IMG/VR virus record: IMGVR_UViG_3300044710_000107 | Span: 1 to 64,000 of that record | Direction: 5' to 3' (one strand) | Origin: a virus | DNA: 64,000 bases | The notes under the pieces: generated by a model | What the model saw: the letters and a program-made list of their open reading frames with translations, nothing else | What the model was told of the DNA's origin: nothing | Databases searched by the model: none | In this document: piece after piece, positions 17,350 through 26,108 of the stretch | How positions within the stretch are numbered: the stretch's first letter is position 1 | Layout: each line of letters begins with the position of its first letter | Program-made: the position numbers and the translations under genes

Positions 17350-17775
17350 TCACCATCTGGCGGGGTCGGAATGGTGCGGCACGTACGTCCTGGCGCCGAT
17401 CGGCCTCGCCGGCGGCAGGCGGACCACCGGCACGCGCCAGCGACGGGGACGTGGTGCAGGCGGCTTCGGTGTGCCGACCGGCGCCGCCGGGGACTCTACC
17501 GACATGGACGCCACAGGCTCGGGCGGGAAGTCCGGTGCAACGACATGCCCGTCGCCCATCGGCGCCCCCAGCGCCTTCGCCAGGATCGCCGCGGCCCGGT
17601 CCCGCGCCTGCATCTCGTGGATGCCGGCAGGCCGGTGCTCGATGCGGACATCGGCCTTCCCCTCGTCGGTCATCTTCGTCAACATCACGCGCTCGAGCGC
17701 GTCGAGCGCCCAGGCCCAGGGCGCATCCTTGTTGCGGCGTTGCGCCACAACGGTCCAATCGCCGGTCAGTTTCAT
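17350..17775 (-). CDS. Hypothetical protein
   Basis: GAGGTGAGG RBS; 141 aa. Confidence 0.6.
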   Translation of the reverse strand: MKLTGDWTVVAQRRNKDAPWAWALDALERVMLTKMTDEGKADVRIEHRPAGIHEMQARDRAAAILAKALGAPMGDGHVVAPDFPPEPVASMSVESPAAPVGTPKPPAPRPRRWRVPVVRLPPARPIGARTYVPHHSDPARW

Positions 17776-17779
17776 GGCC

Positions 17780-18754
17780 TCACCTCTCCCTTGGTTGCGC
17801 CCGCTCGCCGGCGCCGCGCTTCAGTTCGAATGGCACCAGGCCGAGCTTCTGCCGTCGGGCGTTCACCTCGGGCAGATTGTCGCCGCGGAACTCGATCCCA
17901 CGCGCCGCCGCCCAATGCTCGATCTGCTGGAAGTCGGCCGGCAGCAGCGAGCCGTTCAGTGCTGCTGCGGCTGGTTTCCCGTGCGTATGGCTGCCCTTCG
18001 GCACCAGCGGCCGGCGCAGACCGAGCTCATTCGCCCAGGTGTAGAGCCACGTCCGCTCGACCTTACCGCCGTCGAGCGCGTTCACGGCGTCGTCGACCTC
18101 GGCCATTCCCTCGGCGGTCGGATACAGGCGCCGCATGACGGCCTCGCGCTCCTTGGTGCGCCAAGCGGCGGGCGGCGGCTCAGCGGCGGGTGGTTTTGCG
18201 CGTTGCCTCTCCCATTGTCGCTCAGCGCCGGCTTTGCCAGCGAAGGCCGCGAATCCCTCCGGGCGCCGCAATCCGAGCGCGTTGGCGCGGTTTGAGATCA
18301 GGTGCGCTGGCCCAGCGTCGCCTGGCAGCCCACGGAGCGCCGCCTCAACGTCACCAAGCAGGGTGAGGGTTGGCCAGCGGTCCCGCAGCACGTCGTCGCG
18401 CGCCGACGTCCATTCCCATCGCTCGGCGGCCACGGTGGACGACTTTTCTTGCTCGGCCGGATTTTCGTCCACCCGCGCGGGCGACGGCGCGGAAATCCGC
18501 GGTCCTGCGGCGGCGCCGACTGGCCCAATTTCCGCAGGGACCGCCAGCGGTTCCAGGGCAGTAACCAGTTGTCCAGCGCCATCGGACAACTGCACGGCCG
18601 CTTTCCGATGCTTGTTTGCCAGCAGGATCAGCCGCAGCATGGCCTTGCAATCGGAATCCGATAACTTGCCGACGCCGATTTCCTCCAAGAGCATCAGCAT
18701 CGTATCGATGTAGACCGTCCAGCCGCGCTCGGTGTCCTCGAAACGGTCGGTCAT
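17780..18754 (-). CDS. Hypothetical protein with repeated Myb/SANT-like segments
   Basis: 'WTSARDDVLRDRWP...ANALGLRRP' and 'WRTKEREAVMRRLYP...ANELGLRRP'. Confidence 0.65.
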   Translation of the reverse strand: MTDRFEDTERGWTVYIDTMLMLLEEIGVGKLSDSDCKAMLRLILLANKHRKAAVQLSDGAGQLVTALEPLAVPAEIGPVGAAAGPRISAPSPARVDENPAEQEKSSTVAAERWEWTSARDDVLRDRWPTLTLLGDVEAALRGLPGDAGPAHLISNRANALGLRRPEGFAAFAGKAGAERQWERQRAKPPAAEPPPAAWRTKEREAVMRRLYPTAEGMAEVDDAVNALDGGKVERTWLYTWANELGLRRPLVPKGSHTHGKPAAAALNGSLLPADFQQIEHWAAARGIEFRGDNLPEVNARRQKLGLVPFELKRGAGERAQPRER

Positions 18755-19815
18755 CCGGTAGCGCCTCCGCTCAGCTTCCGCCCGAGATCGTCGCACAGCG
18801 CGTCGAATGCCTCGCGGTGGCGCCGCGGCACCACGCCGGTCTTGCCCCAGCGGGCGATCGCCTGGGCGCCGAAGCCCATGCCGCGCGCCACTGCCGCGAC
18901 GCCGCCCGCGAAGGCGATCTGTTTCTCGACGGCGTTGCGGGGGCCTGGCCGTGGACCGGTCGGCGCCCGCATGCCGTGGCCGATGAAGACGATCCGCTTG
19001 CCGTCGGCCGCGCGCGACCAGCAAAGTCCGCAGGTCGAGCAGCACTGCGTCAGCGACGCGCCGTCGGGCCCGTGCATCGAGACCGGGCAGACCAAACCCT
19101 CCGGGACGTTCGACCCCTCGGGCTGCCGCCAGATCGTCGTGGCCTGCAGCGGCCCCGGCGAGATCTCGGGAGCGACGCTGCACCGGACGCGCCACCGATC
19201 CGGCCACGTCGCGTTGGCGCCGAGCACCAGGTCGCCGATCGGCGTCCCGGGCTGGTGGGCGGTGTAGCCCCAGACCCGGAGTTTCCGATACGCCGCCATC
19301 CAGAGGAACCATGCCCGGACATACGGGACGGAGAAGAAATCCCCCAGGATGTGGAGTCTGATCGCGATGCCGGCCGGGTTCCTTGCCAACAGCGTCCGCA
19401 GTTCGAGGCTCAGCAGGTGGATCAGATGGCCATCGTCACGGTGCCGGCGGGCAAACGGAAGCGCATTGCCATAGCACTCGGACCAAACGGCGCAGGACTG
19501 CGGGCAGGTCGTGCGCTCCTCCAAGGTGAGGCAGAAAACCGGTAGGCCTGTCCACGGGCCTTTTTGAATACGCGCCCCGATCTTCGCCTGATTGAACCCA
19601 GAGGTGAGCAACCGCGGCGACTTCGCGGCATCCACTACCGATGACGGGAACAGCGTCCGATTTTCCACGATCGCTGGATGGCTGGCCGGCAGGGCCGCCT
19701 GGGCGCGATCGCCATGCGGGGGATGGTTGGCCGTCGTGCCGAACCGCGAAATGGTGCCCCCGGATGCCCGCGTCGCGTTTCCGAAGCGATAGTCGCGGCC
19801 GTGCGGCGTGCTCAC
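18751..19815 (-). CDS. GP88-like Cys-rich (radical-SAM-related) protein with C-terminal Cro-like HTH
   Basis: 'TLEERTTCPQSCAVWSECYGN', 'IRLHILGDF', 'VWGYT', 'CSTCGLCW'; tail 'AGGVAAVARGMGFGAQAIARW'. Confidence 0.75.
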   Translation of the reverse strand: MSTPHGRDYRFGNATRASGGTISRFGTTANHPPHGDRAQAALPASHPAIVENRTLFPSSVVDAAKSPRLLTSGFNQAKIGARIQKGPWTGLPVFCLTLEERTTCPQSCAVWSECYGNALPFARRHRDDGHLIHLLSLELRTLLARNPAGIAIRLHILGDFFSVPYVRAWFLWMAAYRKLRVWGYTAHQPGTPIGDLVLGANATWPDRWRVRCSVAPEISPGPLQATTIWRQPEGSNVPEGLVCPVSMHGPDGASLTQCCSTCGLCWSRAADGKRIVFIGHGMRAPTGPRPGPRNAVEKQIAFAGGVAAVARGMGFGAQAIARWGKTGVVPRRHREAFDALCDDLGRKLSGGATG

Positions 19816-19879
19816 GGCAACCAGTCCAGCCGCGTCTCACCCCGCTTGGTCGGGCGCGCGTGACGGCCGCCGACGGTGG

Positions 19880-20377
19880 TCATGGGAGTTCAAGCGCCGC
19901 TAACGCGCCCGTCAAATTCAAATCAGAGAACGTCCGCCGCTGGAGCTTTTCGCCGCGCTTGAAGCGCGCTGTGCCGGAGGGAAATAAATGTACGACGTGA
20001 GGAGCCACGCCGGTCACTGCGAGATATCCAATTTCTCGACTATCAAGGGCGACCAAAGCGAGCATGTCGATTATGGTTGCATCATACCTCTTGATCTTCG
20101 ACGCCCGTCCGACGCGGTCGGGACGGTGGTTGCGCGAAGTAAGGAACTGGTATCGGACGGGGCTGGTAGACTTCCCCCGGCCCGAACGCCCGGTTTTTAA
20201 GCCGGAACCCTTCACTTGGATGCGGATGAGCCTGCCAGAGCAATCCATCACAACGTCATAATGCAGCCCCTCGGCGGCGACGAAGGCCCGGAACCCAGAC
20301 AAGAGCAAATCTGCGCAGACCAAATGGACCGCAGCAGCCCCGGGTCCGTTCGTATCTTTGGTTTTCACGGCAGCCAT
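19880..20377 (-). CDS. PD-(D/E)XK endonuclease (group I intron-associated/I-Ssp6803I-like family)
   Basis: 'GAAAVHLVCADLL...YDVVMD...RIQVKG...Y...IDMLALV'; more AT-rich than neighbours. Confidence 0.75.
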   Translation of the reverse strand: MAAVKTKDTNGPGAAAVHLVCADLLLSGFRAFVAAEGLHYDVVMDCSGRLIRIQVKGSGLKTGRSGRGKSTSPVRYQFLTSRNHRPDRVGRASKIKRYDATIIDMLALVALDSREIGYLAVTGVAPHVVHLFPSGTARFKRGEKLQRRTFSDLNLTGALAALELP

Positions 20378-20967
20378 TTTATAAGAGCGCTCCCCGAATG
20401 ATGCCAGTCCCACACATACCAGGCGAAGTTGTGCCTCGGGCTGGCGCTGTGCTGCGCGAGGGCATCGAGCCATCGCGGGCGCTTCGTCAGCACCAGCTTC
20501 GCGGCAAACGACTCGCGCTCGAACAGGTCGCGCCTGCCTGCGGCGCAGTCGTATTCGTTCCGCAGCAGCATCGCAACCATGCCGGACGCCCGCGCCGTCA
20601 GGTCGAGCGCCTTGCGGATGAACGCCTCGGCGCGGTCGTAGGGCGGGTTGGTGACGATCGAGAAGGTCGCATCACCGGGCGAGCCGCAGGTGAGGAAATC
20701 CGTCTCGGCGGCGTTCTTGCAGCCGAGCGACGCGCCAGCGATGTCGCTGACCATCACCTCGTATCCCGCAGCGGTAAGCGCGTCGGCCATATCGCCGCGG
20801 CCGCAGGCGCATTCCCAGATCAGACCACGGAACTTGACCCGAGCCAGCAGCGCGCGCGTGACCCAGGGCTCGGTCCAGTAACGATCGCCTTCGACGCGCT
20901 GAAAGCCGCTCTCGCCGTGCATGGCGCTGCCCTTCGCCACGCGCGTGGCCGCCGCGCCGTCGCTCAT
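20365..20967 (-). CDS. DNA amino-methyltransferase (NPPY)
   Basis: 'DRYWTEPW', SAM motif 'WECACGRG', catalytic 'IVTNPPY', 'FAWYVW'. Confidence 0.88.
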   Translation of the reverse strand: MSDGAAATRVAKGSAMHGESGFQRVEGDRYWTEPWVTRALLARVKFRGLIWECACGRGDMADALTAAGYEVMVSDIAGASLGCKNAAETDFLTCGSPGDATFSIVTNPPYDRAEAFIRKALDLTARASGMVAMLLRNEYDCAAGRRDLFERESFAAKLVLTKRPRWLDALAQHSASPRHNFAWYVWDWHHSGSALIKWLP

Positions 20968-21260
20968 ACCGAAATCCTCCGCTGCCTGAACTCGCGGCTG
21001 TGATTGACGATCTCGTGGATGTCCCAAAGCGCCAGCACCGCCGGAACCTTCTGTTCGCGCGTCGGCCAGGACGCATCGACGAAATGCCGCTCACGGCTGC
21101 CGAACCCCAGCATGACGCCGACGTCCCCTTCGCCGGCGATGCCATCGAGATGCGCCCGCGGCCGGTAGCCCTCCCGTTCCCAGGCGCGCCGCAGCCGCAG
21201 CCGCGCGACCTGGTCGCGCTCCTTCGCCTCCTCCCGCTGCTGCTTGCGGTCGTCGGTCAT
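20964..21260 (-). CDS. Hypothetical protein
   Basis: ATGA coupling both sides. Confidence 0.55.
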   Translation of the reverse strand: MTDDRKQQREEAKERDQVARLRLRRAWEREGYRPRAHLDGIAGEGDVGVMLGFGSRERHFVDASWPTREQKVPAVLALWDIHEIVNHSREFRQRRISV

Positions 21261-21760
21261 GCCGCCGCCTGGCGCTGCTGCTGGCGGCGAAGCTGGCGAT
21301 ACATCCACCATCGACCGCGGCACCAGAAGACGCGGCCGCCCCCGACCTCAAAAACGTCCGGCGAGATGCCGCGGGTGAACCGGTCATGCCAGCCGATGCG
21401 GGTGTCGATCTGGTCCCATTGGAGGTAGCCGCTGCCATGCTGCGGCGCCCGGACATTGCCGCCCTGATCCTTCCACCAGCCGCCCCAGGGCCAGACGATA
21501 TAGGGCGAATGGTAGAAGATCACGGTCTGGCTGTAGCAGCAGAAGGGCGCGGCCTTCGGGGGCGCCGGCGCCTTGGTGTGCAGCGGTTCCCAGATGTCGA
21601 TCAGCCACTCTCGGCCATCATGGTGCCGCGAGAGAACGTCCCCGATGTCCGGCGCGCTGCGGTCGAGGACCGACCAGCCGAAATAATGCCAGGTCAGCAA
21701 CCCGGGCGCGCCGTCCGGCATCGGGGCATGGTTGCCGCGCGTGCGGCGAACGTCCGTCAC
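21257..21760 (-). CDS. Hypothetical Trp-rich protein
   Basis: GTGA coupling. Confidence 0.55.
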   Translation of the reverse strand: MTDVRRTRGNHAPMPDGAPGLLTWHYFGWSVLDRSAPDIGDVLSRHHDGREWLIDIWEPLHTKAPAPPKAAPFCCYSQTVIFYHSPYIVWPWGGWWKDQGGNVRAPQHGSGYLQWDQIDTRIGWHDRFTRGISPDVFEVGGGRVFWCRGRWWMYRQLRRQQQRQAAA

Positions 21761-22332
21761 GGCGCACGCCGCCGGAACACCGTAATGCCGCGGAAACGAT
21801 GGTTGGTCGATTTCCACATCCCGATTGTGGCCTCGATGTCAAAGGCGTCCTTGCGATACATCGGGAGCACCTGATCGAGCCAGACAACGTGCGTGTCCGG
21901 CTGCACCCGCTGGAGCGCCCGCAAGACGAGGTTCCGCTTGACCATCGTGGTCTGATACCGCTCGGCGTCCTCCACCGAGTAGGGCGGGTCGGCCAGGATC
22001 AGGTCATAGGTCGCCAGAGGCACGCGCTCGAGCGTCTGGGCGTCATCGACGAAGGTCGGCGACAGGTCCGCGTTGATGTCCACCGTGTCCCCCGGCATCG
22101 CCGTCAGGTCGACCTTGCCGGAGAACAGGTGCAGGGCGTGGCGCTTGTCGGGGAACAGGGCGTGCACCCGGCGTAGATACGTGGCCGGATAGCCACCGTA
22201 GAGACCTGACCTCACGCGATAGTCGTTGCCCATGATCCAGGTCCCGACCACGCGGCCGTCGCCAGCGATGAACAGGCTGCCGGGAAACCCGGTAACGCGG
22301 TTGTAGTGGTCGATCCGGTCCTGCCACGTCAT
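21757..22332 (-). CDS. DNA amino-methyltransferase-like protein (DPPY)
   Basis: 'YGGYPATYL', 'LHLFSG', 'TVDIN', 'YDLILADPPY'. Confidence 0.82.
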   Translation of the reverse strand: MTWQDRIDHYNRVTGFPGSLFIAGDGRVVGTWIMGNDYRVRSGLYGGYPATYLRRVHALFPDKRHALHLFSGKVDLTAMPGDTVDINADLSPTFVDDAQTLERVPLATYDLILADPPYSVEDAERYQTTMVKRNLVLRALQRVQPDTHVVWLDQVLPMYRKDAFDIEATIGMWKSTNHRFRGITVFRRRAP

Positions 22333-22360
22333 CGGCTCTGATCGCTCCACCGTCCCGCCC

Positions 22361-22909
22361 TCAATACGGCAGCGCCGCGCGACTGGACCGCGCCGCGAGT
22401 TGCCGGCGCACGTGCGCGCACAGCACGATCGCATCGGCAACGTCGTCGCTCTCGGGCTCGAAGCCGTGTTCCTCGCACCACCGCAGCGCCGCGATCTTGG
22501 CGGCCGCCGTCCCGCTACCCTTGATGATCTTCCCGGCTGCATCGCGCTGGCCGAACGACCCGCGCCCAAGGATGGCCTTCCGCGCCGACGCCTCGTGCTC
22601 AGGCATCGGCTGGATGCCGTAGTCGTGGCAGACGAGGTGCGCCACCGCAGCGACGCCCAGCAGCGCCTCAGCGGCCGTTTGCGCGTCCCGGTGCATCGGG
22701 CGGCACCACGCCATCACCGCCGGATGGAACCTCTCCACGAGGTCGCACAAGCTGTTTCGGACCGCGGCGTAGAGGCGTGGCAGCGACGACATGCCGGGCA
22801 GCAGGATTAGGTCGTATTCTGGCCGTTCCTCAGGCCTGTCGACGCCGGCGAGGGACGCGCACCAGCCAAGGCGCCTGGTCGAACAGTCCACGCTCAAGAT
22901 CGCAGTCAC
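22361..22909 (-). CDS. RuvC-like Holliday junction resolvase
   Basis: 'ILSVDCSTRRLGW', 'SARKAILGRG', 'AK', 'DDVADA'. Confidence 0.75.
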   Translation of the reverse strand: MTAILSVDCSTRRLGWCASLAGVDRPEERPEYDLILLPGMSSLPRLYAAVRNSLCDLVERFHPAVMAWCRPMHRDAQTAAEALLGVAAVAHLVCHDYGIQPMPEHEASARKAILGRGSFGQRDAAGKIIKGSGTAAAKIAALRWCEEHGFEPESDDVADAIVLCAHVRRQLAARSSRAALPY

Positions 22910-23193
22910 AGCGGCAACAAAAGCTGCCGGCCAGCGAACTCTCGCTCCTGCGCCTGCGCGCGCTCGGCCGCCTGCTCGTCGAGATATTTCTTGCGGACCG
23001 CGTAGTTCTCGCGGTGGATGGCCGCCATGACCGGGCACTCGAAGTCGCACATTTCGGACCCTGCCGCGCCGCATTGGCCATCTGGCCCCATGTGGCAGTC
23101 GAAATCGTCTTCATCGTCGCGGCCCTCCGTCCCGTAGTCGATCTCGTCGGGGTCGTAATCCACAGCTTGCCATATTCCGATTTCGTTGCTCAC
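22906..23193 (-). CDS. Small acidic Cys-containing protein
   Basis: 'CHMGPDGQCGAAGSEMCDFECP'; ends QLLLPL. Confidence 0.65.
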   Translation of the reverse strand: MSNEIGIWQAVDYDPDEIDYGTEGRDDEDDFDCHMGPDGQCGAAGSEMCDFECPVMAAIHRENYAVRKKYLDEQAAERAQAQEREFAGRQLLLPL

Positions 23194-23399
23194 GGGGATG
23201 CCCGATAATATGTCCGCGCGCCGTCCGGCCCGTCGAACCGCACCAAGCCGGCATCGACGAGCTCGAGCAGCGCGTGCTGCACCGCGATGTGCGAGTAGTG
23301 GGTGATCAGCATGGCGATGCGCCACGGCGGCAATCCGGGCGGCTTGATAGGAACCCAATCCACAACCGCGATAGCAGCCTTCGACAACGGTTGGGTCAT
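23190..23399 (-). CDS. Small wHTH-like protein
   Basis: 'AVQHALLELVDAGLV'; coupled. Confidence 0.55.
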   Translation of the reverse strand: MTQPLSKAAIAVVDWVPIKPPGLPPWRIAMLITHYSHIAVQHALLELVDAGLVRFDGPDGARTYYRASP

Positions 23400-23602
23400 T
23401 GCGCGGCCGCAGCCGGCGCCGATGCCTGCCGTTCTCTCAACTGCGCGGCGAACTCGGCGATGGCGTCGTCAATCACCATGCTGTCGGTCACGTAATGGCC
23501 GCCGCCCTCGGAGCACCAGATGTCGTTGACCTTCTCGATGTCATCCTGCAGCTCGCGGAGCCGGTCGATCAGCACCCGAAGCTCCCAGGTCGAGAGCACC
23601 AT
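23396..23602 (-). CDS. Hypothetical protein
   Basis: MVLSTWELRVLIDRL...; coupled. Confidence 0.5.
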   Translation of the reverse strand: MVLSTWELRVLIDRLRELQDDIEKVNDIWCSEGGGHYVTDSMVIDDAIAEFAAQLRERQASAPAAAAQ

Positions 23603-23778
23603 CACCGCCGCCCGAGCAACGCCGCCACGCCGATCCCGCTGACCAGCGCGACGCCAGCCGACAGCGCCGCGAACGGCGGGTCGTGCGACAGCCAGAACAG
23701 GCCGCATGCGATCAGGCCGCCGTAGCAGCCGCACCACGCCAAGGGGAGCAACTCGGACGGCTGCGGCGGTTCGCGCAT
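23602..23778 (-). CDS. Small two-TM membrane protein
   Basis: MREPPQPSELLPLAWCGCYGGLIACGLFWL...VALVSGIGVAALLGRR (read manually; below the ORF-track cutoff). Confidence 0.45.
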   Translation of the reverse strand: MREPPQPSELLPLAWCGCYGGLIACGLFWLSHDPPFAALSAGVALVSGIGVAALLGRR

Positions 23779-23781
23779 CGG

Positions 23782-24096
23782 TCAGGCCGCCTCACACGCC
23801 GACGGGAAAAGCGCCCAAGGAATTTCCTTCTCCGCCCGCGAGAGGAAGACCGACCAGCCGAGTTCCGTCAGCCTGTTCGAGTGCATGGACCGCTTGCCGA
23901 TCTTCTTGGGCGTCGGCGCCACCAGGCCGTCGCGCACCAGCGGGCCGAGCACGTGCCCGCTGTAGTGGAAGGCGCATATCTTCGACGGGTATTTCGTCCG
24001 TGCCCGGTGCAGCGCGATCGCGAGCATCTCCGCGAACTGGTCGCGCGTCAGGGCGCGAGCGAGGCGACCAATCTCCACGCCTCGGTCGCCTGCCAT
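23782..24096 (-). CDS. Hypothetical protein
   Basis: 'LVRDGLV...RLTELGW' winged-helix-like. Confidence 0.55.
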   Translation of the reverse strand: MAGDRGVEIGRLARALTRDQFAEMLAIALHRARTKYPSKICAFHYSGHVLGPLVRDGLVAPTPKKIGKRSMHSNRLTELGWSVFLSRAEKEIPWALFPSACEAA

Positions 24097-24099
24097 CAG

Positions 24100-24744
24100 C
24101 TAGTCCGCCGCAGCAGCCTCAGCGGCACCCTTCTTCGCGCGCTTGGGCTTCGCCGGCGGCAGTTCGGGATTGGCGGCATCGGTCGCAGCGCCGTTGCCCT
24201 TGGCCGCACGCGGGCGGCGCTCGGTGCTGGCGACGGTTGCGGCCTTCCCATCGGCCATCACCTTGAGGTCGCGGTCGCAGTCGAGCCAGCCCTCGTCCCA
24301 CTTTGCATATTCGCTGCTGCCAGCGACCTGCGGATTGTCCTGGCGCGCGCCGCCGGCCTTCCTGGTATTCCAGCCGTCCGAATGCACGACCGCGTCGCGA
24401 TGCCCTTGCCGAATCTCTGGCGTGCCCTCGTCCCACAGCTCGGCCTGCTGCGCCGCCGGGTCGACGCCGGGCTCAAATAATTTTATTCCTTCCCATCCTG
24501 CGTACTTGATCAGTGCTTCCAGCCGCAGGATGCGCTCGTCCTCGTCGAGCTTGCCGAGTTTCCGCAGCATGGAAACCGCGTCCAAGTTCGCGCCGGCGTC
24601 CTTCAGCCGCTTCAGTTTCGCCCGGATGCGGCCGACGGCTTTGTTCTTCTCGATCTCGTCGGCGATGATCTCGCGCACGATCGAGCGGTATTCGTCAGCG
24701 CGGAGACCGTTGGTTCCAGCGTCGGCGGCGAGGTGTTCGGCCAT
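24100..24744 (-). CDS. GapR/DUF2312-like DNA-binding protein with C-terminal NPx..GS..W..GW motif
   Basis: 'YRSIVREII...AKLKRLKDAGANLDAVSMLRKLGKLDEDER...ALIKY'; 'DNPQVAGSSEYAKWDEGW'; GGAGG RBS. Confidence 0.65.
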   Translation of the reverse strand: MAEHLAADAGTNGLRADEYRSIVREIIADEIEKNKAVGRIRAKLKRLKDAGANLDAVSMLRKLGKLDEDERILRLEALIKYAGWEGIKLFEPGVDPAAQQAELWDEGTPEIRQGHRDAVVHSDGWNTRKAGGARQDNPQVAGSSEYAKWDEGWLDCDRDLKVMADGKAATVASTERRPRAAKGNGAATDAANPELPPAKPKRAKKGAAEAAAAD

Positions 24745-24796
24745 GTGGTCCTCCAAATAGCCTCCAATTAGCGTCTGACTGGAGGACGGGTTGCGG

Positions 24797-25015
24797 TTAG
24801 GCTGCGGTCGCTTCGCCGTTCTTGCCGGCCTCGATCGCGGTGAGCAGTTCGGGCAGCGGGATGTTCGTCAGTCGGTGCATTTCCTGCACCTTATCGGCTG
24901 GAACAGTCTGCTTTCCCTGCGCCCATCTGGTGACGGTGCTGCGGGCGACGCCAAGACGGTCGGCAAGCCAGAAGCGCCGGACGCCGCGGTCGTCGAGAAG
25001 GTCGCCGAGGTTCAT
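24797..25015 (-). CDS. Cro-like HTH regulator
   Basis: 72 aa, 'WLADRLGVARSTVTRWAQG'; first gene of the leftward operon. Confidence 0.85.
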   Translation of the reverse strand: MNLGDLLDDRGVRRFWLADRLGVARSTVTRWAQGKQTVPADKVQEMHRLTNIPLPELLTAIEAGKNGEATAA

Positions 25016-25099
25016 GGCGCGGAACGATGGCGCAAGCGGAGTTGCACGTCAAGCAATTCCTGTTGACGCAATTCCTGTTCCGTGCCTATCCTCCCGTCC
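25016..25099. promoter_or_regulatory. Divergent promoters with tandem operator-like repeat
   Basis: Rightward TTGACG(25063)-N18-TATCCT; leftward TTGACG(25052)-N17-CATCGT; GCAATTCCTGTT x2 at 25053 and 25068. Confidence 0.7.
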
Positions 25100-25423
25100 A
25101 TGACCCGCGAGGAAGCAGCCAAAGGCGTGGACGGCATTCGACCAGGATACTTTGTGACCCGGCTGGTGCGCGGCGGCCCTTTGGTCCCATTCCGGATCGT
25201 TGAGGCTGGCGGCATGTGGGTCCTGATCCTGGCCGGCGAACCGACCAGCGCCGAGGCGATCGACAACCCATTCAAGCTGCCTCGGCTGCACTGGCCTGCG
25301 CACGAGATCGCGGAGGCCCAATACGACGCCATGCTCAGCGCCGCCGCGGCCGCGAAGCCCGGCGAGCCGCTGGCCGATCCGACCGTCGCTGTTTCGTGGC
25401 GCAATTCGCCGCCACTCTACTGA
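25100..25423 (+). CDS. Hypothetical protein
   Basis: 'PGYFVTRLVRGGPLVPFRI...PGEPLADP'; ATG just after the -10 element. Confidence 0.7.
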   Translation: MTREEAAKGVDGIRPGYFVTRLVRGGPLVPFRIVEAGGMWVLILAGEPTSAEAIDNPFKLPRLHWPAHEIAEAQYDAMLSAAAAAKPGEPLADPTVAVSWRNSPPLY

Positions 25424-25434
25424 AAGGACCGAAC

Positions 25435-25698
25435 ATGACCGAACGCAGGATGATCGTCTCGATCGGATACGGCTCTTATGCCGTCAGCTACGAGGATGCG
25501 GCGTGGCTGTTCCGGATTTCCGACCGGGCAATACGCGTGGAGAAGAAGGCCGGCGTCAACGTGCCGACCAAGGACCAGGACCCGATGGTCATCATCGCGA
25601 TCCTCGACGACGTGGACCTGACGATTTCGGCCTCTGAGCCGGCCGACAAGGCGCAGCCGATCGATGTCGCGCGGGTTCCGGACGACGTGCCCTTCTGA
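25435..25698 (+). CDS. Hypothetical protein
   Basis: AAGGA RBS; ends DDVPF (SSB-like acidic tail). Confidence 0.65.
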   Translation: MTERRMIVSIGYGSYAVSYEDAAWLFRISDRAIRVEKKAGVNVPTKDQDPMVIIAILDDVDLTISASEPADKAQPIDVARVPDDVPF

Positions 25699-26099
25699 TG
25701 ATGTCCTCCGAACGCCGCATTGCGCGCCGCGGCGGGAAGCCGGCGAAAGCCGAGCCGAAGCCCAAGGTCGTGCGGAACCGCTACGCCGGCGTCTGCGCAT
25801 GCGGCGCCAAGGTGCCGCCCGGCGCTGGCATCGCGCACCTCGTCGGCACCACATGGGAAGTCGAGTGCGGGAAATGCTCGGGCGCCACCGAGGTCAAACC
25901 GATCACCGCCGCCGACCGCGAGCGCCTCAAGGCGCGGCTGGTGGAGACATACAAGGCGTCGAATAACTCGCCGCACTTCGCTCCGCTTGACGGCCGTTGC
26001 TTCCATTGCCGGGGCGATCTGATCGCGTTCCTCGGCGAGGAATACGGCAAGCGTCCGATCACAGGATGCCCAATGTGCAGCTACAGTTATTGCGAATAG
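25698..26099 (+). CDS. Zn-finger protein
   Basis: Multiple CxxC/CxC motifs. Confidence 0.65.
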   Translation: MMSSERRIARRGGKPAKAEPKPKVVRNRYAGVCACGAKVPPGAGIAHLVGTTWEVECGKCSGATEVKPITAADRERLKARLVETYKASNNSPHFAPLDGRCFHCRGDLIAFLGEEYGKRPITGCPMCSYSYCE

Positions 26100-26108
26100 G
26101 AGCCGACC

